DNA of 55,877 bases from a virus (IMGVR_UViG_3300037510_000220:1-55877); one strand, 5' to 3'; counted from the first letter of the stretch, positions 45,172 to 54,582 are shown. Made by a program: numbers and translations. Notes: generated by a model not told the origin, from the sequence alone.

Positions 45172-45452
45172 CAGGCCGGCACCTTTGCCGTACAAGAAGG
45201 CTCTTCGCTTTTCGGCGGTTCTCGGTACGCCTCGTTCGGCATGCGGCACAGGAAAAACAGCCGATTCGCCGCGCAGTAACGGCGGAACGCCCATTCCGGC
45301 GAGTCGGTAGGCAGCATTTCGATAGAGTGGCCCGTCGTGCCCCCCTTCCAGCTTCCCTTGCGATCGCCGACCTCGCGGTCAAATTCCATGGCGAGGAAGG
45401 CGGCCAGGGATTCGCGGGAGCGGCGTTTTTGGTCGGGGGTCATTTTTTCCAT
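45171..45452 (-). CDS. Hypothetical protein
   Basis: Coupled ORF. Confidence 0.45.
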   Translation of the reverse strand: MEKMTPDQKRRSRESLAAFLAMEFDREVGDRKGSWKGGTTGHSIEMLPTDSPEWAFRRYCAANRLFFLCRMPNEAYREPPKSEEPSCTAKVPA

Positions 45453-45625
45453 TCCTTTCGCATTGCTGCTGCTAGTTCGTCAGATGCTGCCTGTCCGCGT
45501 TTCTTGGCGATCACCTTCAGCTTGGCCCTGATCTTGTCCGGGTCTCGCTGCAATCGTTCTAACCATTCACGCGCCTCGCACTCCAGCCGCCACGCCTTAC
45601 TCACTCTGTAGGTACTCTCTTCCAT
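45440..45625 (-). CDS. Hypothetical protein
   Basis: WRLECEAREWL..KRGQAA. Confidence 0.6.
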   Translation of the reverse strand: MEESTYRVSKAWRLECEAREWLERLQRDPDKIRAKLKVIAKKRGQAASDELAAAMRKEWKK

Positions 45626-45865
45626 CCGGATGCCTTGCTTTTGACGTGAAGCGGGCCTACCCTGCCCGCAGCAAGCCTCGCTTCAAATGCGTGGGAGGTG
45701 TACTCGCTGCCCGTTCTCGCACTCGTTGACCAGTCTTCACAGCTTTCGCCGTCCCTGCTCGGGCTAGTCTTTAAGCCCCCCTATCGTCTCTGCTGATCCT
45801 GGTGAACGATTGCCCATCACGTTGCGCGCGCCAGTCGTAAGCCCCACGCGCCCCGAGTCAGTTGC
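45625..45865 (-). ncRNA. Putative structured non-coding element B downstream of primase
   Basis: No ORF; hairpins; co-linear motifs with element A. Confidence 0.4.
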
Positions 45866-45867
45866 GT

Positions 45868-46755
45868 CTACGTCGCCCGCCTCCTGACCAAAGAGCACAA
45901 AGCGGCCAATCCTTCGTACACATGCACGTCGTTCGCATCAAAATTCAGCCTAGCCGGCATGACGTAAGGAAGCCCCGTCTTTATCGCGGCCTCTTCTCCA
46001 GCCCCGCTTTCGTCGTGATCGGCCATGATGTGCGTCCCATGCCCAAGACTGGCAACGTATGAAAGATTTCCAGAACTAAAGCAGGCGATCACATCTGCTT
46101 GTCGGAATTGAGTACGCAATGCCTCTCGAACCGACAAGGCGGTCGCATACCCCTCGCAAAGCCAAACCTCACGGGAACGGCCGGAGCCAAGCCGGTGCAC
46201 TGCACCTTTAGCCCGAGTTCCGGCAAGGAATTTCTTTTCGCCGTTAGGCTGGATGCGCTGCAGACCAACTGGACGCTGGTATTGACCAACGAGATACATG
46301 GGGACCAACAACTCCCCATCGAGCACTAGGCCCGGTTCCAATGGAAAGCCCTTGCGGACCAAGTAGGCATGGGTCAAGACTTCCTCAACAGCGGGCCTGC
46401 CGGGCCGCCATGGGCGCCCCTGGACTGGCACCACTAGCTCAGCCTCACTCAACATCTTGGCGGCCCGCTGCGCGGCCTTTTCCGCACGTCTTGCACGATC
46501 GGCATAGGTCTGCTGTTGCCGCTTTCTCCATGCCGCTTTTTCCGCCTCGGTGAATGGATTCGCGTTATCGTCGTTCCACCAATGAATGCGTTCCGATTGC
46601 CGCCAATCCATGCACCAACCACGGCGACCGTTAAGCATGTAGGCACCGTTATCAGATTTCGGTTTGTCTGCTGTGGGGCATCGGTGGATCTTCCCGTCAT
46701 CTCGAAGATCGGGAATCAAGAGCCCCATGCTCTCGGCAAAAGACAGAAAATTCAT
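45868..46755 (-). CDS. Toprim-domain primase
   Basis: DGKIHRCPT, LQRI..GEKKFL, CEGYATA, ADHD. Confidence 0.88.
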   Translation of the reverse strand: MNFLSFAESMGLLIPDLRDDGKIHRCPTADKPKSDNGAYMLNGRRGWCMDWRQSERIHWWNDDNANPFTEAEKAAWRKRQQQTYADRARRAEKAAQRAAKMLSEAELVVPVQGRPWRPGRPAVEEVLTHAYLVRKGFPLEPGLVLDGELLVPMYLVGQYQRPVGLQRIQPNGEKKFLAGTRAKGAVHRLGSGRSREVWLCEGYATALSVREALRTQFRQADVIACFSSGNLSYVASLGHGTHIMADHDESGAGEEAAIKTGLPYVMPARLNFDANDVHVYEGLAALCSLVRRRAT

Positions 46756-48272
46756 GCGGCTACAGCCTCTTGACGTTGTTGCGCTTCGCGGGCCTTCGCC
46801 CACCTGATGTTGAGAGAGCGAATCCGACTCTGAACTGCGGAAGTAACCGGAATCGGCTCGGTATTGAAAAAGTCGGACTTCGGCCAATCGCCGGTCATCT
46901 GCTTGTAGAGAGCTAAAGCCATTTTTCTGGCGGCATCCCCCTCCTTACGCTCCAGGGCATAGGAGACGATCTGCGGCCAGATTTGCTTGGTCATCAACTC
47001 CCGATTGCCGGAGGCCAGCATTTCTTTAAGCGTGCCGGGCACATGCTGAATCGAGGCTTTTTTCGGATACTCAAACCCGCAGACTGGGCAGCGCGGCAAT
47101 GGTTTGTGTAGGTGTTTACACTGACCGCACTTGACCATCGAATCGGATTCTTCGCCCTTAGGCTTTTTCTTCAGCTCGCGCTTTTTCCCATCGTCCAACT
47201 CAAGCGCGCCAGTCTCAAAAAACTCGTTCCACTCATCCCAAAACCGGGCGCAATTCCCGGAGTGGTCGAGGACAATGCAATCCTTCTTGCTCGGGTGAAT
47301 GCGAAGCCCGCGCCCGAAGAACTGGATGTGTTCAGCCAAGGATTTGCGAAGAGGCCGGGCCATGATCACGCAGCCGATGTCCGGAACATCAAATCCTTTG
47401 GATGCCGCGGTGACGGTAATCAAGCCCCGAATATTGCTATCGGGGCGCTTGAATTCGCGCACAATGTCTGCTCGATCCTCATCCGAAACGCGGTAGGTGT
47501 AGGTGGCAACATTGATGCCGGCGGCGAGAAACTGGCGCGCCAATTCCTCCACGTGGGCAACATCGCAGGCCGAGCAGATGAACTTCCGGTTTTCGCCGTG
47601 CTTGAGATATTCGGCCACCACATCGCCCACTACTTCCAAGGCTCGCTTACTGGCCTCGCCGTCCACCCACTCCCCGGCAACAACCTTCACGCCCTCCATA
47701 TTCGGCTCGACGGCTGCGAAAATGCGGTAAGGTGCGAGGAACCCTTCTTGAATCAGCTTGGCTGTGGTCGTGACGTTGACCAGGCCGTCATACAGTTTGC
47801 CGAGCCCGCGGGTAAAAGGGGTCGCAGTCAGGCCGATAGTGATGGTGTCACGCGGCGTGATACGGTCGACAACCACCTTCATCACCGTATGTGCCTCATC
47901 GATCACCAGCAAATTAGCATCGGGCCACTTCCGCCGGCCAACCGTCTGCGCGGAGCAAATCTGCACATGCTTCCACGGCTTCTTGCGAGGATGATCGGCT
48001 TGGACGACACCGTGATCGATGCCGTAATCATCAAAGGTTTCCGAGGTCTGATTGATCAGGGTCACGCGGTCAACGACAAAAGCCGCGCGCCGCCCCTTGC
48101 GGTCAGCCTCGTTGATCAGATGCGAACCAATCACGGTCTTGCCTGATCCAGTTGGGGCGCAAAGCAGGATGTTCTTTTTCCCTTCCCGAATCAGGCTGCG
48201 CACGCGCTCAATTGCCTCAAGCTGATAGGGGCGAAGTTCGATTGCCTTCGATTCCTTGAACAAGTCGCTCAT
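46752..48272 (-). CDS. SF2 DEAD/DEAH helicase
   Basis: APTGSGKT, DEAH, TATP, GFDVP, GRGLR; C-terminal Zn finger. Confidence 0.93.
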   Translation of the reverse strand: MSDLFKESKAIELRPYQLEAIERVRSLIREGKKNILLCAPTGSGKTVIGSHLINEADRKGRRAAFVVDRVTLINQTSETFDDYGIDHGVVQADHPRKKPWKHVQICSAQTVGRRKWPDANLLVIDEAHTVMKVVVDRITPRDTITIGLTATPFTRGLGKLYDGLVNVTTTAKLIQEGFLAPYRIFAAVEPNMEGVKVVAGEWVDGEASKRALEVVGDVVAEYLKHGENRKFICSACDVAHVEELARQFLAAGINVATYTYRVSDEDRADIVREFKRPDSNIRGLITVTAASKGFDVPDIGCVIMARPLRKSLAEHIQFFGRGLRIHPSKKDCIVLDHSGNCARFWDEWNEFFETGALELDDGKKRELKKKPKGEESDSMVKCGQCKHLHKPLPRCPVCGFEYPKKASIQHVPGTLKEMLASGNRELMTKQIWPQIVSYALERKEGDAARKMALALYKQMTGDWPKSDFFNTEPIPVTSAVQSRIRSLNIRWAKAREAQQRQEAVAA

Positions 48273-49045
48273 ACGGTTGCCCCCTTGAAAGATTGACGAA
48301 TCAGGCGAAGCGCGTCCTTGGGGTCTTTGGCACCGACGATCTGCACTACTTGACCCTGCCACTTGCGCAAAGCGTCAAGTTCCCGTGAGTAGCGCGCGTT
48401 CTTGTCCATTTCGGCTAACACTTGGTCTTCGGCGTTCTGGCGCATGGCCACCTGTTTGGCAAGTTCGACTCCTTGATCTGAAGCGCTAAGGGAGGCAACT
48501 TGCTCCTCAAGCTGGCGAAGCTGATTCGCCTGGATTTCCATTTCCTCAGCCGGGCTCAGAAAGGCATCCGACCCCGGCTGTTCTTTTTGGGCCTTTTGAC
48601 CGGCGGCGACAAGGCGTGTCGTGACGCGCGCACCCTCTGCTTCAACGCGGTCCCGCCATTTCCCAACTTCCTTTTCAAACTGCGCCTCGGGAACTGCAGC
48701 AATGGCTTGGGCTCGGCTGGATAAGTCTTTGCTGATACCGACTTGGGCAAGCGTTTGTCGGCGGTCGTCGGCCACGACCACCGAGGAACCAGTGGTATCA
48801 CGACCCTGAACGCGAGTGCCGCGGTTAAGTCCAACCGTGGCTTTTTGTGCTGCGATCAACTCTCCAAGCCGGCGTTCGGCGCGGATGCGAATCTCGGCCG
48901 CATCAACTTCCAGTTGCTTGTCCTTCGCCATCTGCCCGTAAAGACGCATGGCCTCTGCCTTGTCCCGAATGTCCTTGACCTCGTCAACCTGCCGAGCAAC
49001 GGCCAGCGCGTGACGGGCGGCGTTGTACTTGATCAGTTGCGTCAA
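48269..49045 (-). CDS. Hypothetical phage protein (coiled coil + HTH-like)
   Basis: VDEVKDIRDKAEA..RAERRLGEL; TLAQVGISKDLSSR. Confidence 0.75.
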   Translation of the reverse strand: MTQLIKYNAARHALAVARQVDEVKDIRDKAEAMRLYGQMAKDKQLEVDAAEIRIRAERRLGELIAAQKATVGLNRGTRVQGRDTTGSSVVVADDRRQTLAQVGISKDLSSRAQAIAAVPEAQFEKEVGKWRDRVEAEGARVTTRLVAAGQKAQKEQPGSDAFLSPAEEMEIQANQLRQLEEQVASLSASDQGVELAKQVAMRQNAEDQVLAEMDKNARYSRELDALRKWQGQVVQIVGAKDPKDALRLIRQSFKGATV

Positions 49046-49230
49046 TTGAATTCCCTGCTCAAATCCACCCCCGGAAACTCCCGGAGAAATTCTTCGGTGA
49101 GGCGGCGCGACTCGGCCAGCAGCCGCGCTTCCTCGCTTTTGTCGCCGCGGCGATGGGCGTCGATACAGCCCTGACTCGCCTGGCGGATAGCTTCCCGGCG
49201 CAGTTCCACGTTGTTCGGAACGGCGCTCAT
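49042..49230 (-). CDS. Hypothetical protein
   Basis: Coupled ORF. Confidence 0.55.
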   Translation of the reverse strand: MSAVPNNVELRREAIRQASQGCIDAHRRGDKSEEARLLAESRRLTEEFLREFPGVDLSREFN

Positions 49231-49415
49231 TCCTTGTATTCCCTGAAATTCGGCCCCTCGGGGTAGATGTGCGGAGCGATGACCTCATCTGAATTGACAA
49301 GCTCCTCCGCGCAGCGCATGTGGACGCGGCGCTTCTCTCCGTCTATCTCGATCTCCTTGAAGATCGGACCTCGGTAGCCCATGGAGAGGGGGCGGGAGCA
49401 GTGCCAGCAGGTCAT
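49227..49415 (-). CDS. Hypothetical protein (CxxC...HxxC)
   Basis: Coupled ORF. Confidence 0.55.
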   Translation of the reverse strand: MTCWHCSRPLSMGYRGPIFKEIEIDGEKRRVHMRCAEELVNSDEVIAPHIYPEGPNFREYKE

Positions 49416-50476
49416 GCGGCAATCTCCGCCAGCAGTGGCGCATCGCCTTCAATGCGACGGCGCGCCATGGCGGCATAGGCCGGGTTCAGTTCGATGCCGA
49501 TCCAGTCACGGCCCAGCCGATCGGCTACCAGGCCGGTTGTGCCGGCGCCGAAGAAAGGGTCCAGCACCGTGCCGCCGGCCGGGCAACCTGCCTTGATGCA
49601 GATCTCCGGCAATTCGGGCGGGAAGGTGGCGAAGTGGGCTTCGCTGAAGCCTTTGGTGGTAATGGTCCAGACGCTGCGCTTGTTGCGCGTGCTGCCTTCC
49701 CATGGCACACCAAAAGCCTGATTGGATGGGTGCGCCGGGTTGCCTCCGTGTTCGTGGCGGTTCTTTCTTTGCTTATTCCCGCTTTTGCTCACGGACTTCA
49801 TAGGGCCGTTGGTTTTCCCTGGCACACGATCGCTTCCAGCCTGATTCTCAACATCCTGAGCAAGGCGACCGATTGTCGATATGGCCACTGGCTCGCTGAT
49901 CGCCTCGGCGTCGAAGAAATACCGCTCCGACTTCGCCAGCAGGAAGATGTACTCGTGCGCTTTGGTGCAGCGATCGCGCACGCTCTCCGGCATGGGGTTG
50001 GGCTTGCTCCAGATGATGTCCTGGCGAAGCCACCAGCCGGCGTCCTGCAAGGCAAGGGCGAGGCGCCAAGGCATGCCGACCAGATCCTTGGGCTTGAGCC
50101 CTTCTTCTTTCCCGCGAGTACCGGTGCAGGACTCAAATCGTGGGTGCGCCCCAATCTGGCGTGCGCTGGCGACCGATCGACCGGACATTTGCCCTTCACC
50201 TTGCGGCCGTCCTTGAGCACCCCACGAACCAGCGTAGCTATCCCCCATATTCACCCAGCAGGTACCATCCGGCCGCAGCACGCAGCGCACCTCCTCGAAC
50301 ACCTCGACCATGCGCGCGATGAACTCGGCCGGCGTGGCTTCTAGCCCGATCTGGCCTTCGACACCGTAGTCACGCAGGCCCCAGTACGGCGGCGAGGTGA
50401 CGCAGCAGTGCACCGAGTCATCGGGGAGCGTCTTCAGCATGGCGAGCGCATCGCCGGTGAGGATTCGGCCGCTCAC
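49412..50476 (-). CDS. N4-C/N6-A DNA methyltransferase (beta class)
   Basis: TSPPY N-terminal; DPFFGAGTT C-terminal. Confidence 0.93.
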   Translation of the reverse strand: MSGRILTGDALAMLKTLPDDSVHCCVTSPPYWGLRDYGVEGQIGLEATPAEFIARMVEVFEEVRCVLRPDGTCWVNMGDSYAGSWGAQGRPQGEGQMSGRSVASARQIGAHPRFESCTGTRGKEEGLKPKDLVGMPWRLALALQDAGWWLRQDIIWSKPNPMPESVRDRCTKAHEYIFLLAKSERYFFDAEAISEPVAISTIGRLAQDVENQAGSDRVPGKTNGPMKSVSKSGNKQRKNRHEHGGNPAHPSNQAFGVPWEGSTRNKRSVWTITTKGFSEAHFATFPPELPEICIKAGCPAGGTVLDPFFGAGTTGLVADRLGRDWIGIELNPAYAAMARRRIEGDAPLLAEIAA

Positions 50477-50682
50477 GCCACCCCCCAAGCCCGCGCCCGC
50501 TCGCCCAGGTACGAATCAACAGCCGCCAGTTGTTCGGGGGTCTTGCCCTCCTCGAATGTCGGGCGTATCTTCCGCGTGAGCCCCGCGTACTGGGCGTTTT
50601 TCGCGCAGCGGTTGCAGCAGTATTTCCGCATGCGCGGGCAGAGAAATAGGTTTTTGCAGAAGGCGCAGGTGAGTTCATTCAT
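50473..50682 (-). CDS. Small Cys-rich protein
   Basis: CAFC..YCCNRC. Confidence 0.55.
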   Translation of the reverse strand: MNELTCAFCKNLFLCPRMRKYCCNRCAKNAQYAGLTRKIRPTFEEGKTPEQLAAVDSYLGERARAWGVA

Positions 50683-50876
50683 TTGCCGCAGACCTCCTTG
50701 TGCAGGGCCAGGATTGCGGCACCGTTGTGGTATAGCGGCTGTTTCCCAGCTTTCAGGGGCGTACAAAAGCTTTGGCCAAAGCCAAGATGCCGCTCGACCT
50801 TGCGGTTGCTCCAGCCGGCCTTGGTGAGGTCGGCGAGGATGCGCATCCAGTTGGGCTTGAAGTCGTCGGGGGTCAT
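50679..50876 (-). CDS. Small HTH-like protein
   Basis: NWMRILADL..GWSNRKV; resembles 42591 product. Confidence 0.65.
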   Translation of the reverse strand: MTPDDFKPNWMRILADLTKAGWSNRKVERHLGFGQSFCTPLKAGKQPLYHNGAAILALHKEVCGK

Positions 50877-51202
50877 GCCGGCGCGCCCTCGCGCTCTTCG
50901 GTTTCGATGGTCTTGGGATCGGCCCCTGGGCGGAACGGTTTCAGCACTGCATCACGGATGACGTATGTCTTCGCCTTGTGCAGCTTTCCGTCCTCCGTGA
51001 AGAAAGCGAAGTCGCGCCCGCGTGACTCGCAAAGCCAGCGCAGCGTTCCGGGCGGGCTGGCGTAGATCAGGCGCCCCTCGAAGATGAATTCCCGATCGGT
51101 GACCTGCTCGCGCACGTAGACCATGACCGGGCATTCGCATCCTTCTTTCGGCTGCTTGATGACGAAAGCCAGTTCGCCTGGCCTGCACGGCTCGCCGATC
51201 AT
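50873..51202 (-). CDS. Hypothetical protein
   Basis: CRPGELAFVI..D..LKPFRP. Confidence 0.65.
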   Translation of the reverse strand: MIGEPCRPGELAFVIKQPKEGCECPVMVYVREQVTDREFIFEGRLIYASPPGTLRWLCESRGRDFAFFTEDGKLHKAKTYVIRDAVLKPFRPGADPKTIETEEREGAPA

Positions 51203-51436
51203 CCCCGCCTCCGCTGGTTCAACGTGATCCCGGGCCAGCGCGCGGTCCAGACGATGAAGGCCGTAACGGCGACACCGACGAGCAGGACGACGCCGCCGAA
51301 GAGGACGAGGGCGGAGAGGTTCACGATTGCCACTCCTGCGGGTCGATAACCGCTGATATGCCGGCCAGCAGGCAGGCGCCGCCGGCAACGATCAGCGCGG
51401 CCAGGGCGAGGGTTGAGAGAAGGGTGAGGAGGAGGG

Positions 51437-51829
51437 TCATACCTGCCTTCCCACCAGAAGCCCACGCAGCACCGAGTTCTCCGCGCGGATGCGTTCGTTC
51501 TCCTGCTCCTTCACGCGAAGCTGACGCTCAAGTTCGGTTTCCATCGGCATGAGTTCGTAGCCACGGCGCTGCGCAAGCCAGTGCAGTGGAACTTCATTGC
51601 CGCAGGCGTCCATAAACATGCAGAGCCGGTCATGGGGAAAGTGCGCGCCGCCGCTCTTGATGCGGGACCATTGCGCCTTGTCCATCTTGAGGGCGTCTGA
51701 GATTTCGCCGTCACTCAGACCGGCGATGGTCTGGGTCAACACGATGGCCGCGCTCATGTCCGGCTGACTGGCGACGATCGCGCGGTCTACGCGCTGCATT
51801 TCAGCTTTTAGAGGAAGGTCGCGTTGCAT
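51437..51829 (-). CDS. cII: CII-like transcriptional regulator
   Basis: Downstream of cro; HTH (MDKAQWSRIKSG), CGNEVPLHWLA. Confidence 0.65.
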   Translation of the reverse strand: MQRDLPLKAEMQRVDRAIVASQPDMSAAIVLTQTIAGLSDGEISDALKMDKAQWSRIKSGGAHFPHDRLCMFMDACGNEVPLHWLAQRRGYELMPMETELERQLRVKEQENERIRAENSVLRGLLVGRQV

Positions 51830-51850
51830 GGATCAAATGGGCACAATTGT

Positions 51851-51866
51851 GTTGACTGGCGTTGAC
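51851..51866 (+). promoter_or_regulatory. Candidate CII-type direct repeat (PRE-like)
   Basis: GTTGAC-N4-GTTGAC at the cII 5' end, facing cI. Confidence 0.45.
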
Positions 51867-51919
51867 GGTCGCTGCAATGCAAAAATTTTTGCTATGGAAA
51901 CGACCAACACGAATAAAGG

Positions 51920-51946
51920 GCCAGCCGATCCGAAGACCGGCTGGCA
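51920..51946 (-). terminator. tR1-like hairpin between cro and cII
   Basis: GCCAGCCG stem with UUCG loop followed by CCTTTATT on - strand. Confidence 0.5.
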
Positions 51947-52127
51947 AGTCCCGGCCGCCAGGGGGATAGCGGCGCTCGCGCGGAGCGGGGACGGGGAGAC
52001 AAACTGGGGCGTGTCAGGCAAGCAAAAACGGCAAAGCAACGGCATTCCGGCAAATTTGCCTAGTCCTTTTGGTCTATGGTTGCGACATGCCATTGGGATT
52101 AGCCTGTTTGTAACAACAACGGGGGAA

Positions 52128-52325
52128 TTAGGAGGCAACCCGCGCGCGCTTCGCCGTCTTGCTACGCTTGGCGTGCAGCGCATAAACGCGCTCGAACACT
52201 TTCCCAGAGCAGGATTTGCCGTGCAGCCACCGATTCACGGTGGACTGGTCAATGCCCAAAGCCTCCGCTAAGGACTTCTCCGTGCCGAAATCCGTGATAA
52301 GTTCTCTGATCATTTTTTCAAACAT
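52128..52325 (-). CDS. cro: Cro-like repressor
   Basis: HTH LAEALGIDQSTVNRW; divergent from cI. Confidence 0.85.
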   Translation of the reverse strand: MFEKMIRELITDFGTEKSLAEALGIDQSTVNRWLHGKSCSGKVFERVYALHAKRSKTAKRARVAS

Positions 52326-52331
52326 GCATAA

Positions 52332-52361
52332 ATTCTATGCGAGTCCGCATGCATCCGTCAA
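52332..52361 (-). promoter_or_regulatory. PR promoter with ATGC-N6-GCAT operator
   Basis: TTGACG-18-TAGAAT on - strand; ATGCGAGTCCGCAT. Confidence 0.6.
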
Positions 52362-52417
52362 ACACTTTCGCATTGAGAATTGCCGCCGGCCATACGGCAA
52401 TGCAATATCTCCTTGAT

Positions 52418-52867
52418 ATGGAAAGCATAAAAGCCCGATTGAACGCCCTCTTTGGTGAGGCGCACGAGCCCAAGGACGCCAAAGTCGCGGAGGAGTCGGG
52501 CGTTTCCCAGCCGACAATCCACCGGATTCGACACGGCATCATCAAAGAGCCGTCGATGCGCACCATCAAGAAGCTGGCCGACTACTTCCGCGTCAATGCG
52601 GAATGGCTGGCTTCCGGGATCGGGGCCAAGCGTGGCGTCAACGCAACCGAACTCCCTCAGGGGGCGGTTGACCTGATCCGTGATTTCGAGAGCCTGCCGG
52701 ATGCCTTTCGCATCTATCTAGTAGGCAAGGCCAGGAAGCTCCGAAAGATTTCCGACGATCTCGAGCCGATCGTGAGACGTAGCCTGGCCTCCCCAAAGGA
52801 CCCAGACCGCTACAAAGAGTGGGAACAGGGCATTGACGAGCTGCTTGATAAGGAGGAGCAGGAATGA
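52418..52867 (+). CDS. cI: CI-like repressor (XRE HTH; no obvious S24 peptidase domain)
   Basis: VAEESGVSQPTIHRI..LADYFRVNAEWLASG. Confidence 0.85.
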   Translation: MESIKARLNALFGEAHEPKDAKVAEESGVSQPTIHRIRHGIIKEPSMRTIKKLADYFRVNAEWLASGIGAKRGVNATELPQGAVDLIRDFESLPDAFRIYLVGKARKLRKISDDLEPIVRRSLASPKDPDRYKEWEQGIDELLDKEEQE

Positions 52868-53076
52868 GAGTTTTGATACTGGCGCTGCTTCTGGCCGGCT
52901 GCGCGACCAAACAAACCTACTGGGAGAAGGCTGGTGCTAGCCAACAGGACTTCTACCAGGACCAGGGCCAGTGCCAGGCACAGGCGTTCGGCGTCACTGG
53001 CATGAACACCCTTCAAGTCGCCATCGTCTACAGCGGGTGCATGCGCGGTAAAGGCTGGTACCAAGTAGAACGCTAA
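52864..53076 (+). CDS. Small lipoprotein co-transcribed with cI
   Basis: Lipobox LLAGC; CMRGKGW. Confidence 0.8.
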   Translation: MRVLILALLLAGCATKQTYWEKAGASQQDFYQDQGQCQAQAFGVTGMNTLQVAIVYSGCMRGKGWYQVER

Positions 53077-53098
53077 GCCGCTTCGCGTTGATCCACTA

Positions 53099-53120
53099 GC
53101 CGCCTTCGGGCGGCTTTTTT
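53099..53120 (+). terminator. Intrinsic terminator of the immunity operon
   Basis: GCCGCC-TTCG-GGCGGC-TTTTTT. Confidence 0.85.
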
Positions 53121-53184
53121 GTTGTCAAAAATCAGCCACTTGCTCGATTCGTGAAAATATTTATGCACGAATGAAAGAAAGTGC

Positions 53185-53213
53185 TTGCGTGATCTTATGC
53201 ATGCGCGCATAAT
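53185..53213 (+). promoter_or_regulatory. PL promoter with ATGC-N6-GCAT operator
   Basis: TTGCGT-17-CATAAT; ATGCATGCGCGCAT in spacer. Confidence 0.65.
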
Positions 53214-53345
53214 CTTTCTATGCGCTTCAAACGCGGCCCGGATGAAGGTTCTAGCCAGATAGCAGCGGCCAAGACACTCCGGCGGGCATGGATCTTCGGA
53301 AGGATGCCGCCGCCAGCGCTGAACCCAATCACTTAGGAGAAAACG

Positions 53346-53681
53346 GTGAGCGAAATCAGCATTAAAGGCATCGACAAGGCGGCGCTTCTGGCAGGCCTTT
53401 ACAACGGCTCGCGCCCCATGGGCATGGGCTTTCTGCAAGCCAAACCGGGCGACATGACCATCGAACAGGCCCGCGAACAGATCGGCATCGGCGATGACGG
53501 CAAACGCATGTTCGGCGCGCACAGCAGCCGCGATCTCTACTTCGACTACGTCTGGGGCCGGCCGCTCAAGATCGACATCAGCGGCGACACCATGCGCACC
53601 GATCTCTACGACCGCGACAACGGCCAAGGCGCCTGTGAGCGCATCGTCAAATCCCTGCTGCCCGAGTCGGCAGCGGCATAA
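53346..53681 (+). CDS. Hypothetical protein
   Basis: AGGAG RBS; ISIKGIDKAALLAGLYN..YFDYVWGRPLKIDI..YDRDNGQGA. Confidence 0.8.
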   Translation: MSEISIKGIDKAALLAGLYNGSRPMGMGFLQAKPGDMTIEQAREQIGIGDDGKRMFGAHSSRDLYFDYVWGRPLKIDISGDTMRTDLYDRDNGQGACERIVKSLLPESAAA

Positions 53682-53714
53682 GTACCAGCAGGCCGGTGGA
53701 AGCCCGGCCAAGTA

Positions 53715-54055
53715 GTGCGATTGGAAGTTGGGCAGCACGGAAGGACGTGCAAAGCAGAGTAGGCAGATGAGGTAACGCACCACATGGCAAATCGTAGTCG
53801 GACCCTTGGGAAGCGCGAACGTAAGGCTGGAAAACGCCATAGGCGTGCTGCTGTCACAACTTGGACCTCGGTCCTTGATGCTGATGGCAGAGCGGTAGCA
53901 GTTACGTTGAAGTACGGACGCAAGCATTCCTCAAGAATCTGGAGGCGCCAAGTCAGGGCTGTGGCCGATGCCGAAAAACGGATAACTGGTACTCCGGAGA
54001 ACTGCTGACTGTACTAGTAGCCGGTATCAAGCCCGGCCCCAACTTCCAACCGCAC
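53715..54055 (+). ncRNA. tRNA-like scaffold enclosing an ORF
   Basis: 17/18-bp closing stem, D-like and T-like hairpins. Confidence 0.55.
53784..54008 (+). CDS. Arg/Lys-rich 74-aa protein
   Basis: GAGGT RBS; RSRTLGKRERKAGKRHRR. Confidence 0.55.
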   Translation: MANRSRTLGKRERKAGKRHRRAAVTTWTSVLDADGRAVAVTLKYGRKHSSRIWRRQVRAVADAEKRITGTPENC

Positions 54056-54084
54056 CGCGACTGAACGCCACACAGGAGCCCACC

Positions 54085-54582
54085 ATGCACCGCCTCACCC
54101 CCTCGAATTCGCTGCCGCATGCGCACTGCCCTGGCGCTACGGTCCTGCCGATCGGCGCCGCCCTCGCCTCCGCCAACCTCAAGGCCGCTCCGGTACTGTC
54201 CGAGGGCGACGAACTGGCCGAGTTTGCCGAGTGCCCCGCTTTCGCCGCGCCGGCCAAGACTACCGTCATCGCCCACGACTTCGGCCGCGTCCTGGCTGAT
54301 GTGAAGGCTGCCGACCTGTCCGAAGCCGAGCAGCGCGCGCAGAAGCTCGTCACCGTCCGCGTGATCCTGGAGCGCATGGGCATGCTCGACATTCGCGAGG
54401 TCCTGGCCGTGGTGGACGTGCTCCGCGCCCAGTGCGATGGCGACAGCAGCGTTGCCTTGCAGGAATGCGGCGAGGCCATCGAGGGCGATCTGCCGGCGAA
54501 AGTGCTGCGCAAGATCGATGCGGCGGAAGCAGCCGAGGCGGCGATGCCGAGTCTGGTGCATTTGCAAGCGGTGAAGGGGTAG
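54085..54582 (+). CDS. Hypothetical protein
   Basis: AGGAG RBS. Confidence 0.65.
   Translation: MHRLTPSNSLPHAHCPGATVLPIGAALASANLKAAPVLSEGDELAEFAECPAFAAPAKTTVIAHDFGRVLADVKAADLSEAEQRAQKLVTVRVILERMGMLDIREVLAVVDVLRAQCDGDSSVALQECGEAIEGDLPAKVLRKIDAAEAAEAAMPSLVHLQAVKG

Noticed and set aside
53691-53709. Twister ribozyme at GCCGGT..AAGCCCGGC
   Set aside because: Only one hairpin resembles twister; flanking conserved elements not found
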